Source: Hydrolagus colliei (taxonomy: Eukaryota). From it: a DNA stretch of 64,000 bases. The translations under genes were made by a program, and so were the position numbers. Shown one piece after another: positions 12,766-23,806 of this stretch (positions within the stretch are counted from its first letter, which is position 1; each line of letters starts with the position of its first letter). The stretch lies in the NCBI GenBank assembly GCA_035084275.1, contig CM068749.1:15004001-15068000 (forward strand), given 5' to 3'. The notes under the pieces are model-generated. The model worked only from the letters and a program-made list of their open reading frames with translations. It did no database searches and was not told the DNA's origin.

Positions 12766-14200
12766 AGAATAATTTGTGGTAAGACAATTCCAATTGGTGT
12801 TCTAAGAACTGTGGAGACGAGATCATTGCCATGATTTGGTCTCGCTCTGAATTTCTAACTCTCAGGAGGAAGTACTTAACAGAACAAGCAGATGAAATTA
12901 TGATGATACAGTAGTTGGTCATCTGAAATTGTACTGGAATTTGTAATGAGAGTTGCAATGAGAATTGTTCTTCCCCAATTTCTAGATCCTATGTTCAGAG
13001 CAGAACCAGATGAGGAAGTGGTCGCCTTATAGAATGGATAATGGGGGAGAGGAGAATCATTACACAATATTGTGTTTTGATGTAGAATACCTGAGCATGA
13101 TGTCTTAAAATTCTACATCAATCAATAACCTCACCAATCTATATTCAATTCAGCACTGTACCATTCCTCCCTTTGTGGTGCATAGTTACTGTTGATTTGA
13201 TATGGTTTGGGTTAAAAGCAATAGGAATCTATCTTTAATTACGTGAATTTCAAGCTTTACTGCAACCAATTCCAAATTAACTTTTGAGAGGTTCACTCGT
13301 TAAACTTTTCAATATCGGTACACAGGAGTACTCCTGGCTATTTAATAATCTTAAAAAGAATTAATCCTCATTCGGTCACTGAAGCAACTCGCTGTTCTAG
13401 GGAAAGCATTTTTAAATTATTCCAGCAGTTTAAAAGGGACATTAAACCTTCAACCTGTGTGAGAATTATATGCGAGCAACTAGTTTAAAATTCTGAACAC
13501 TTGTAAATCGCTGTTGTAGTTTATAACATGTAATGAGAAGACCAGGTCTGTTCTGCATTAAGAGAGCACATAACACATTTTAAATCATAATTTAATCTAT
13601 ATCTTTCCTTGGATATTAAAATTTGATTTCAAAATCTGAGCTATTATGAAGTAAAATAGATTTATGCTGCATTTTCTGTGAAGCTTCTAATTAAGTGGTA
13701 AGTTCCCGTCATTTGTGTGTATGAAGCAATGCTATCTGGTCTTGCAGATAAAGACTGAGGCACCATCACAGTGTCTACCACCAAGGGTGCAGCATAATTT
13801 CAAGTTCAGTTACCTCAAAGTGATTATCTCAATTATCCTAGCCATCATGGAGGTGCATTTATAATCTGTGCCTTTCCGTTTTCAATGTGAAGCACAAGTA
13901 AAAAGGGGAGAGATGCAAAATAAGTTCTTCCCCTGCCCACACACTGATGCCTTCTATCATTAAATTATTTCCACCTCAGTTACACTGCGACAACCAGTGC
14001 TGCTTTACTTTGATAATGTTCCAGGCGAATATAAGATTTTAAATCCTATCGAGCAATGAAACTTCTTGAAATAAGGGGACTTTCAGGTCAGGTACTGGAA
14101 ATATTTATTTTCCCAGAAGGCTCAGGTCACGACGTTATCTTGCGTTAATGGTGCAATATAAATATAAAAGTTGTTCTAATTGATGATTGGAAGAGTCGAT

Positions 14201-14278
14201 GATAATGACAGTAATCTTTGCATGTTATGTTATACAACGCCTCATCATGTCTTCGAGACATCTCAAAAGTGCTTCACA
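14201..14278 (-). mobile_element. SINE 3' tail fragment
   Basis: AATCTTTGCAT...CGCCTCATCATGTCTTCGAGACATCTCAAAAGTGCTTCACA. Confidence 0.7.
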
Positions 14279-15860
14279 CACCAGAACCCTTGACCATTTA
14301 TTAATGAAACACAACTTGATGCTGTGATGGATGTGTTTTCTGGCAGAATATGAACCAATGGCCTTCTTCACCCAAATATCTCTTGTGAAATGTTGCAATG
14401 TGTAAAATTAGAAAGTAGGTATCAATGGGCTACTTAAATTTCAGGAAATTCAAAGCAGATACTGATTTAGCTGAGGAGTTCTGATGATTATTGTACTATC
14501 CGTAGAGCTGCCTTGGAGTGGTTGGAAGGCTCTGATTAGATTATGGATAGCTATAAATGGTTTTAGCACATGAATGTCCAGCACATAATGCTGTCATAAC
14601 CACATGGCAAAGCAAATCCTGATGGTATGGGTTGTATAGTGACAAATGGGTAATTTTTCAATATGAGACACCTTCAATACATCTCCGATGAAGTAGAACT
14701 TGACTTAAATAGAGTGCTACCATTCTGCACTGACTAGTCATAAGTCTTAAATGTTCAGGTTCTGAGTCTTTAAGAATGGTACCACAGGAGAATAATGGAC
14801 ACTGGAGAAATTGTTGATGTGTAATTGAGTTTTGTTGGGGGTGACAGCAGGAAAGGAAGCAAAATTGCACCTCTCTGATGACTGTAAATGTTGCATTTGT
14901 GACTGTAAAATTAAACCCAACACAGTATAACTATCATCTAATGAATCTCTTTTATCAGACAAGGAAGAATTCCACAAAGGTAGATGCAAATGAAGGAAGA
15001 TAATTCTGGATAATGGGAGCATGTTCAAATGACTGTTACACTTGTTTTATTAATTCCAATACGCATAGTGCTTAAACATTCAGTTCAGGTTGGTAAGAGC
15101 TAGAAAATGTCCACAGGCTACAGTCAGCTCCCCCAATCCCTTTTCTCAGCAGAACACAAAGTACATGTCACCAAGAGAAATCTCAAAAGCATAAGTTGGC
15201 TGGGTGAGCAACAAAAATATTTGACTTGTTAACGTCATCTTCGATTGAATCTTACCCCTAGCAGTAACTAATCATGAGTGCACATTGCTTGCATCAATCT
15301 GCGTTAAGCAATTATTACAATCAAACTTTTACTCAGACAAGCTTTTTTTAAAAAAAACTCAGGACACACTACACACCAATTCAGAATCACTGAAAACAGT
15401 TTGTCAACTTTGTAAAGAATCTTTTGCGAACTGAATTACACTGAGAAATTCACAGTAATTACTCTAGTATTATTATTGATAGAAATGTTATGCATGAAGA
15501 TAAGTGACTGTAATTTTTGTTATTTTACATGGGTTTCAAACGGGCTTTACTTTTTCTTTAGGTTTCACATCTGTGCTCTCAAAGGCCACCTCCACTAGTA
15601 ACATGCAGAGAATGGGGAAGGGGAGGAGGTCACGGATTCTGTACACAAGAGATTAATGTTGGCGAGGGTTTGGAGTTAATTTATTTTGCTGAAATCTATT
15701 TGCTAACAATAAGTACATAGAAAACTTGACCTGAATGCCAGCGACCTTTCTGTGAAACACACAGAAATTAAGATGAGCTAGTAAACTTATTCTGTATAGA
15801 TTCACAGTTGCAAAACTTACATCCATGTGTAGTATACCCAAGTGACTGTTTTATTTGGTG

Positions 15861-15924
15861 ACAATCAACAACAATATTACAATTATAGAGTGTCTTTCAC
15901 GTCGGGAGGACGTCCGAAGGTGCT
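15861..15924 (-). mobile_element. Very short L2 3' tail
   Basis: CAACAACAATATTACAATTATAGAGTGTCTTTCACGTCGGGAGGACGTCCGAAGGTGCT. Confidence 0.75.
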
Positions 15925-16494
15925 ACACTTCCCAAGGACGTGCTAAGTCACTTCACTGCACAGGAAAACTGAAAGCTCCTTCCACATAACGTGCTACGTT
16001 AAATGCAAGTATTAGTATTTCAAATGATCCTTAATGAAGCTTTTTAACCAAGAAAGCACCCTTGTATAGTTCCAAAGCAGATTCATGCCACAATATTTGC
16101 TTGAAGTCTTTCCTGGAATCGATAACCATTCACTCTTGCACAGAATCTACCTACATCACTGTTATGTCACAAGGTTTGATGTGACACATTGCAAATGTAA
16201 TCTAAGAGTGATTGTGAAAGTTAGTCTATACTGTTGATTATTAAGTTCCGATTAGACTATCTTTAAAACTTCTAATTTGGGTGAATTAACTCTAGATATA
16301 GATTAGCGTTCGTCCAGATTACAAGACGGAAAGTATTTTTGTTGGTGTGGGGTTGTGTAGCCAAATTAAATTGAGATTAAAGCATTTGTTGCGCGAAAAT
16401 ACAGAGGCATAGCCATGGTGTATCTGTAATTAGCCCACTTGGTGAAAAAGTGAAATAATGAACAGAGAATTCATATGATTTTAAAAAGCCACTT

Positions 16495-16673
16495 ATTTCC
16501 ATTTACAATTAAATTAAAAGTTGAAAATTGTAGTGTTTCATATAGCAATACTTATGATGATTAAAGAATGTGTTATAAATTGTTGGAAATTTCACAACAC
16601 ATTCCTTAATCATAACAAGTATTGCTATATGAAACACTACACATGTCACCCCTTAATTCAATTGGTTGGAAAT
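16495..16673. repeat. Long foldback inverted repeat (MITE-like palindrome)
   Basis: Arms 16529-16581 and 16588-16641, of which the outer 25 bp (TGTAGTGTTTCATATAGCAATACTT) pair perfectly; 6-nt loop; weaker pairing extends to 16495/16673. Confidence 0.85.
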
Positions 16674-18357
16674 GTTAACCCCAAATGAGTTAACTGGAAG
16701 CCTCAATAAATTGTGGTTTGCAATATGGGTTTAAATGTATTAAAAATTGGGTCGTTTAAGGATTAGAAATTTAGAGTTTCAGAAATGTTCATAAAATGTT
16801 ACAACATCACAATTATTGTTAGATACGATTGTTTGCACCATTAATAATTTGAAGATTTAGTAAATGAGATCTTTGGTCTTAAACAAATATGCCATTTTTT
16901 TTCATAGGATTTTCAAAGGCTGTATTTATTGTTGAGGGACAGAGTGAAGGGTGGACTGCAGGTTAGACGGATTTACTGACTCTTTCATAGCACCTCTGGC
17001 AGCAGCCGTCACAAGGGGACCTGCTGCTCTGCACTGATTTGCTTGTCAACTGGAAGTTAATAAGTGCTGCAGCACAAAACTGACCTCTGCACTTGTAAGA
17101 TTAATTCTGGCGAGTGCTATTTGCATGTTATTTAAAAAAAACACTTGCAACAATGCAAAACGCAAGCTCAATCTGACCTCTTTGATTTCAAAATTGACCC
17201 ATTTCTTCAGGAACATAGCTGAAAATAAATAACCTGTCAGACAACTTTGTATGTAAGGGGAGAGTGCTGAATAATAATAGGAGGAAGTATTCTATATCCA
17301 ATTCCCATTAAAATTCTGATGTTATGAATGCCATATTTCCTTCACTGAAAAAATGTTTTGAATGTTAGAGTTTCTAACATTCTTTGTACAGATCCATGAA
17401 ATTGCATCAATGTACAATTTGACACCAGCATTTCTTCAAATTGTGCTTCATATTCGCTAAACAAAACAGGTATGTTCCAATGTTGGCTAAGAATTGGTGT
17501 TGGAGAGGAAAAATCATCTGAATTGTGCCAAAATATGTAAGGAAATTGACTTGTGCATGTAAACATATATTGACCTGTAAACAAGAAATGCATGCTTCCA
17601 CTAGTAGTAATTATTTATTGTGAATTGGATTTCTTTCTGGTCCTTGACTCTGCTGGTTTAAAGAAGTACTGGAACATTTCAGCCTTGAGTTGTTTTCAGC
17701 AGTCTGATGGCTTGCAATAAAAGTCCCATTGATCCATATTTCCTTGATCTACATCAACTGTAAAATTCAAAATGGCAGGTTTGGCTTCATTTGACTGGTG
17801 TGCTTCTCAGAGGTCTGAGATAAAACCTTGAGTGACAGCTGAAGATTTCAATCTCTTTCCTGATCCCTTATGCTCATCAGCAGAAACCAGGATGTTAAAT
17901 TCAACCGAACAGACTGGATTTAGCAGTCACTTTTCTCTTTGTAGTTGATCCATAATATGGAGTTATAAAAGTATTAATACTGTCACTTAACAATGGGCCA
18001 ATTCGTTAGTGGTGAGAAGCTTTGACTTCTAATGTGAAGACCTCAAAAAGTTTAAATTTGTTCAGCAGACGAGCTTCTAATAAAGTCAAATACAGCTGGT
18101 TTACAAAGTGTTGTGCTAAACAATATTATCTGATGTGATATCACATCTGTTGATAATTGACACAAATCCACCCCCATCCCTATCTCTTCTAACATCCAAT
18201 GTTCAGAATAGCAGTTTGCATTGATAACTGCTCATATGACTAAAACGGGAGGGGAAATTAATAAATATAAAGTGCGAGTAAGGAAATTGTGTGGGGATGG
18301 TTTTCATTTCAAGTATATTCCTGTCTTTCATGTTGTGAAGACATCCCATGGTGCTGG

Positions 18358-18501
18358 GGGATCTTTAAGGTCCACCTGCTCCTGAACATGCTCTCTTTAA
18401 TGAAGGACTGCACCTCCTACAACGCACCATAGTATTGCATTCAAGTGTCTGCCTACTCCGAAAACTCTATTCAGAGGTGAGAATGGTACCAACTGAGCCA
18501 C
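18358..18501 (-). mobile_element. Older Deu-type (SacSINE1-like) SINE, 5' part
   Basis: rc GTGGCTCAGTTGGTACCATTCTCACCTCTGA...GGAGGTGC...CAGGTGGACCTTAAAGATCCC; same family as 20562 and 39710. Confidence 0.6.
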
Positions 18502-19366
18502 CTGTACCCTATATAAAAAAACAACCAAAGAAAACTGATTGCCATTTGTCTATTTCTGACTATTAATTTAAGAGTACGTAGCATACAACTACGGATGTCT
18601 TTACAAAATAATTGTCAGCTACAGCTGGTGGTTAAACACCAGTGCTGACACCAATAACCTATTTAAAAACCCACATATTGCAGGCAGAGGGTTAAATGGT
18701 AACTGGAATCTTGGCTGAGAAAACCCAAGGCAAGGAGTCAAAATATGTTAAGAGAATTTCCACATGGCACCAAATAGAGGAATAGGATTCAAACAAAAAT
18801 CTAATTGTCCCTAACCCTTGGTGCAATGAGGAACTCTACCAGTATATGTACAGAAGGGCACTATCCACTGCATTGAGAAACTTCCTCAACATGTACACAA
18901 TAGGACACTCTCCTTTCTCTGGAGCAGGTTTTGCTTTTAGAATACAAATCATTCTCAAAGTTTGCACTGATCAGTATCCTCACTCACAGGGGGCAGCAGT
19001 GTGGGAAAGGACAGGTTCCGTTGGTGGAGTTGGCGCAATTCCACAGATAAGACTTGCTTTTAATGAGGTTTATAGCGAACCTGACCTCGTGAAACTCCTT
19101 TAGGAGAGTAAACTGTCAATAAGGAAAATATAAGATGCAATACATGGCACCGTTTCAACACCTGACAGAAAAAAAAGCCATTTGATTATATTGCTTCACT
19201 CTGTGCAGGGTGGAAGAGACTTTATTTGTCTTAGTTTCAGCACAATTTAAACCAAGCCTCCACATCTGACCACATCACAACCCAGTTTTTCAAAACAATG
19301 TATTTAAGTCCAAATCTTTCAGACTGAACATCTTGTTCTCACAACTTACTTATTTCATTAACCATT

Positions 19367-19873
19367 AACGAAGATTTACTAGGATGGTGCCAGGATTTAG
19401 GGACTTCAGCTATGAGGAGAGGCTAGATAGGCTAGGGTTATTCTCTCTGGAGCAGAGAAGATTGAGGGGAGACCTAATAGAGGTTTATAAGATCATGAGG
19501 GATTTCGACAGGGCAAATAGAGAAAAACTATTTCCACTCGTGGGTGAATCTGTGACTCGTGGTCACAGATTTAAAATAGTTTCAAGGCGCAGTAGAGGGG
19601 AGCTGAGGAGAATTTTTTTCACTCAGCGAGTTGTTCGAATCTGGAATGCATTGCCTGAAAAGGTGGTGGAGGCTGATTCGATAACAACTTTTAAAAGGGA
19701 ATTAGATCTTTATTTAGGGAGAACGGGTCTATTAGGCTATGGGGAGTGGGCAGGGCAGTGGGATTGAATCGCTCTTTTCAAAGAGCCGGCACAGACTAGA
19801 TGGGCCGAATGGCCTCCTTTTGTGCCGTAAAATTCTATGATTCTATGATTCTATGATTCTATGATTCTATGAT
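19367..19873 (+). mobile_element. CR1 LINE, 5'-truncated, with intact ORF2 C-terminus, 3' UTR and (ATTCTATG)5 tail
   Basis: ORF 19384-19767 encodes SYEERLDRLGLFSLEQRRLRGDLIEVYKI...FFTQRVVRIWNALP, the CR1 ORF2 C-terminal signature. It is followed by the GGGCCGAATGGCCT hairpin and five ATTCTATG octamers at 19832-19871. Confidence 0.95.
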
Positions 19874-20330
19874 AATCAGATAATGGCACAGACTGTGAAT
19901 GGCACGGGTCTGAATTTGTCAGGTACAAACTGCATGGTCTCCTTTAAAGTGCAGATTCTGTTTGCATTTTGCATTTGAAAAATGAAGTCTGTCGTCTTGT
20001 TGACTAAACTGAAATCTGGATTAGATTGCGTGCAAAATAAACAACCTTTTGTTGGACTTTTCAGGTTTTCCTCAGCTGAACAGACTGACAAATGCTTTCC
20101 TGCATTTTAAACCCCATCAGAATATGCAATGTTTGTGCACATTAGATTGAACTATTTTCATTAAACATTGTAACCACATATGCAAATCTAGCTCTGTATG
20201 AGCTATTCCAAGCTGCTGGTCAATTTCAATTGCTGCATTAATGAAATGTCACTGTTTAAGCAAAGTTCAGAATAAAACCTGCTAATGTGAAATTTGAAGA
20301 TACAATTCCCACACATTCAGTTTGAGATTA

Positions 20331-20375
20331 CAAAAACAAAATACAACATTACATTTATAGAGCGCCTTTCACGTC
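20331..20375 (-). mobile_element. Very short L2 3' tail
   Basis: ATTACATTTATAGAGCGCCTTTCACGTC. Confidence 0.7.
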
Positions 20376-20561
20376 AAGATTAATAATGAGACCTAAATTT
20401 AACCTCCTATGATAGGAACAGCACAACTGGCTGTATATCTGTCTTCCGTCTCTCCTAAGCGGCTGATATAACCTCTTACCCTGAAAGCTTGTGCTACTTT
20501 GCTGCAGATTACAGTATTAATGTAAAATGTATTTTCCATTTGGTATTACATTGCATTAGTC

Positions 20562-20950
20562 TGATGCAGTGGTAGTATTCTCGCCTCTGAATTAGAAGGC
20601 CGTGGGTTCAATCCCCACGTTGGGACTGGGAAACATGTAACATATGATGAGTCATTGCTGCGGGGAGGCGGGGGTGTTGAACTGTTGGAGATCCAGCTTC
20701 GGAAGGGACATTAAACCGAGGATCCATCTGTCTTTTCGGAAATGTTATGTTACATCTGATGGAATGTTACAGATCTCATGGCTCTATTTGAAAAAAAAAG
20801 AAGGGAGTTTCTGACCAACAATCCCCCAAATAAAATAGGTCACTCATTCCATGGCTCTTTGTGCGATATTGATGAACACAATTGGCTGCTGCATTTTACC
20901 TGCAAAAAAATGATTGTCCCAATACATTATAATGGTTGCAAAGCTTTTAA
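20562..20950 (+). mobile_element. Older Deu-type (SacSINE1-like) SINE, near full length
   Basis: CAGTGGTAGTATTCTCGCCTCTGA..AGAAGGCCGTGGGTTCAATCCCCAC (A/B boxes), then GACATTAAACCGAGG, AGATCTCATGGCTCTATTTGAA and ATTGGCTGCTGC, as in Deu-domain SINEs. Confidence 0.75.
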
Positions 20951-21016
20951 ATGTGAGTGATTGTTAAATTGGTTACTCTTTGGTGGATTTAAAATAAAAG
21001 AATGCATTTCTGTAAT

Positions 21017-21345
21017 TGTGGAGTCGTGTAACTCAATGGTTAGAGCACTCGTCTTACAAGTGAGAGACCCAACTTATCTCAATTCCAGGCAGGGTAAAAC
21101 CTTGGGCAAGTTTCCTTGCTGACATCCCTGATAATAATCCCTCAAAAAAAATAATAACTTGGTCATTTCATTCCATGACTGTTTGTGGGACGGACACTGC
21201 TGTGTGCTGTGTGCAATTGGCTGCCGCGTTTTGCCCACATATATACAGTCAATTCACTTTAGAGTGTATTCTGTGAAGCACTTTGAGACGTTTATGTGAA
21301 AAGCACTATATCAAATGCAAGGATTATTATTATTTATTATTATTA
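21017..21345 (+). mobile_element. Dominant SINE, full length
   Basis: GAGTCGTGTAACTCAATGGTTAGAGCACTC head, CCTTGGGCAAGTTTCC, Deu-like body and CAAATGCAAGG(ATT)n tail. Confidence 0.9.
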
Positions 21346-22302
21346 ATTACAAATGTCAGTGTTGACCTGCAGATCAGGACCATGAAACTATCTCTTCAGA
21401 CAGTTAATTTCAAGACTGAGGGGGTTATCTCTTCTTAAAGGCGGACTTATTGGTTACCTCCCTTTCCTGCTCAACCTCATCCTACTCGTACTCTATTTTT
21501 GGAATTCTTGTCTAACAGCCAATTAACTTGTATCACCATGGTAACCACAAATGTTGAAATTCTTACTCCCATGATTAGCCCCTTTATATCAGAAAGACAG
21601 TTGCAGAATAGGTATGACACAGCCACAGCCAGCTATCAGAAAGGGCTATCCAGTCCTTTTAGTTCATTTCTATAATTTAAGTACTGTACATGCACAGAAT
21701 TTACATACACTATTTTTATCCCCCTCCTTCCTTGCCGCCAAACCTGTTTCTACATGTTCAATGAATAATCTGTCTGTTTCTTGAGACAGTGAGCATCTTA
21801 TCTCAGCTATTTGTTGACAGCTATTTCAAAGAACTGGTCTGGAGTCAATGACACATCAATCAAATTTCTCCCATGTCAACATTTGATGCCTCGTGTGTCA
21901 CGTTAGCCATTTAAATTCTAAATCCTTAATACGTAGCAACATTAGTATCCTATGTAGATTAATCTTTGATCATACACAGTTTGGAAGGCATTTTTTTAAA
22001 AAAAACTGAGTTTGCAACAATGAAATAGGCAGATTATAACACGAGTAGCTACCAAATTGGAGCCAGGTATTAATGATTAATAATGGATCGATATTCATGT
22101 TTCCAAATTCCATCTTGCTTAGAAAAATATCTGATAACGTTTTTTCACTTTTGTAAGTGAACTAATCGAATAAATAGTTTAAATTGAATATTGAATATTA
22201 AATTTTGCTGTATCATTTGGGACCAGTGGCTTTAGAGAGGAGCTCACACTGAAAACCCGTTCAGTTGTGTGCTGGCAGATGTACAGGGAACAGGGGACAG
22301 AG

Positions 22303-22420
22303 TGTGATAGAGGCTAGGACCCTGAACTCATTTAAACAACAGCTTGATGCATTAAAGACAAGACTTGGGTAATCTGGATACATGAGATCAAATGGGCTGA
22401 AGGGCCTTCTTTAGTTTAAC
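22303..22420 (+). mobile_element. Old CR1 3' remnant
   Basis: Encodes VIEARTLNSFKQQLD (compare VVEADSITTFKRELD in the young CR1), followed by the ATGGGCTGAAGGGCCT 3' UTR motif. Confidence 0.6.
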
Positions 22421-22726
22421 CATTGCTTCTGAGCTTGTGAACGATGTCTGGCTCTGTACCAAAAATAATATTTACTAATAAGGAATTGTTTTCACAGTTA
22501 GAAAATGCCTTAAGTGAAACTGCCTCCTTGCTGCTTCACAAAGACTATTCAGATGAGTTTGTAAGGCAAACAAAAACATACACACAAATTCTCTTCCTCC
22601 ACAAACGGTTATGCAGAGCAGCAACCTTCAAGAATAGTGATTGACTGTATTTAGTTTGCGGAAATAGACTAAAGCGGCGAGTGTTGATTAATCTTATTAA
22701 CAATCTTACAAAAATAAAAGCTTTAC

Positions 22727-22763
22727 CATGTTTCCCATAGTAGTTTTCCTCTTCAGGGATCAT
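22727..22763 (-). CDS. SLC44A5: First coding exon (37 nt, MIPEEENYYGKH+G) of an SLC44 choline transporter-like gene (SLC44A5 favoured, SLC44A2 possible)
   Basis: The minus strand reads agcATG ATC CCT GAA GAG GAA AAC TAC TAT GGG AAA CAT G|gtaaag: A at -3, a phase-1 GT donor, and an in-frame join to the exon at 10391-10343. YYGKHG is the N-terminal motif of CTL2-type isoforms (human SLC44A2 MGDERPHYYGKHG, recalled). The paralogue choice rests on intron size and AT-rich context only. Confidence 0.8.
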
Positions 22764-22789
22764 GCTTTCCAAAGGGTTGCTGAAACAAT

Positions 22790-22803
22790 TGAGTCACTTC
22801 CTG
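22790..22803 (-). promoter_or_regulatory. Overlapping ETS (CAGGAAGT) and AP-1 (TGACTCA) motif 27 nt upstream of the SLC44 ATG
   Basis: Minus strand reads CAGGAAGTGACTCA. This is a motif match only. Confidence 0.35.
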
Positions 22804-23150
22804 AATGTTGTACCTTTTCCTACCTTTTCTTCCTTGCACAACTGATCTCTGGAAACTAGTTAATATTTAGCAGAGGGAGAAGAAAAAGTTTATCGCACGG
22901 AGCTCTGCCTGGTGGTTTTGGTATGCTCACTGGAAAATTCTTGGTGTGGGCAGTGAGGGCTGGTCGTGTGCGGAGAAAGAATTCAGACTACTGATTGTTA
23001 AACAGTAACTTCTCACACATTCAGGGGGTGTTGTTGGAAGCAATATTCCCTTAGGTTCTGCCGTTCGAAAGGAAAATCTTTCATTTTCAAAAATTGCAGG
23101 CTGGTTCTTACCACTAGTTCAGATGTGGATAGAGCTCTTCAAGTTACTAT

Positions 23151-23190
23151 AACAACAGCAATGTATTTATATAGCGCCCTTTACGGGATC
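23151..23190 (-). mobile_element. Very short L2/SINE-type tail
   Basis: AACAACAGCAATGTATTTATATAGCGCCCTTTAC. Confidence 0.55.
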
Positions 23191-23465
23191 TCCAATCGAG
23201 TTAAAAGACGAGGTAGACCTTGTAGAACCAACAATTTGTTATTTTGCTGACCTTCCTCCTAATCTCACAGCAATTTTTCCTACTTTACGGATTAGAATGT
23301 CCCATAGTGAAAGTCACAAGGTTACAGTCTTTATTTACTGTAAAAATGTTAGCTAGAAAGAAAATTTGTGTTTTGATGCCTTTCTCTACAATGCTAACAT
23401 TAGCAATTTAACTTTCTTTTAAATTGCACATCCTACAAAACAGTCTCTCTACATTTTGCAAGAAA

Positions 23466-23543
23466 TCCTGCGAAGCACTTTTTGACATTCTCCCAATACA
23501 AAAAAGGATCTATATCAAATGCAAAGATTATTATCACCATCAT
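23466..23543 (+). mobile_element. SINE 3' tail fragment
   Basis: CTGCGAAGCACTTTTTGAC...CTATATCAAATGCAAAGATTATTAT. Confidence 0.65.
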
Positions 23544-23806
23544 TTTTGTGAAAAGTTACAAGAAAGTTCAGTGCATCATGGGTTAATGTCACAAGTCTAT
23601 ATTACTCAGCAGGTTCCATTCATATCTATCAGCAGACAGAATTGCAACCTGCTGTGTAACTTGCTGCTTTTAACATTTGAACTGTGTGTTATGCACATTT
23701 TCCCTTTGCATATTAAAATTCTACGCAGCTGAAAAACAATAAACTGAGAATTATTCTAAGACAGTAAAAGTAGGCCAATGTTTTGGTTTTCATTCTCATT
23801 TTCTAG

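Larger units (their letters stand above)
10392..22726 (-). other. Phase-1 GT-AG intron (~12.3 kb) between the two SLC44 exons
   Basis: Begins gtaaag at 22726 and ends ttctcatag at 10392 on the minus strand; the frame is preserved across the junction. Confidence 0.75.

Noticed and set aside
18132-18147. 16-bp perfect palindrome GATGTGATATCACATC
   Set aside because: With 8-bp arms, about one such palindrome is expected by chance in 64 kb of AT-rich DNA.
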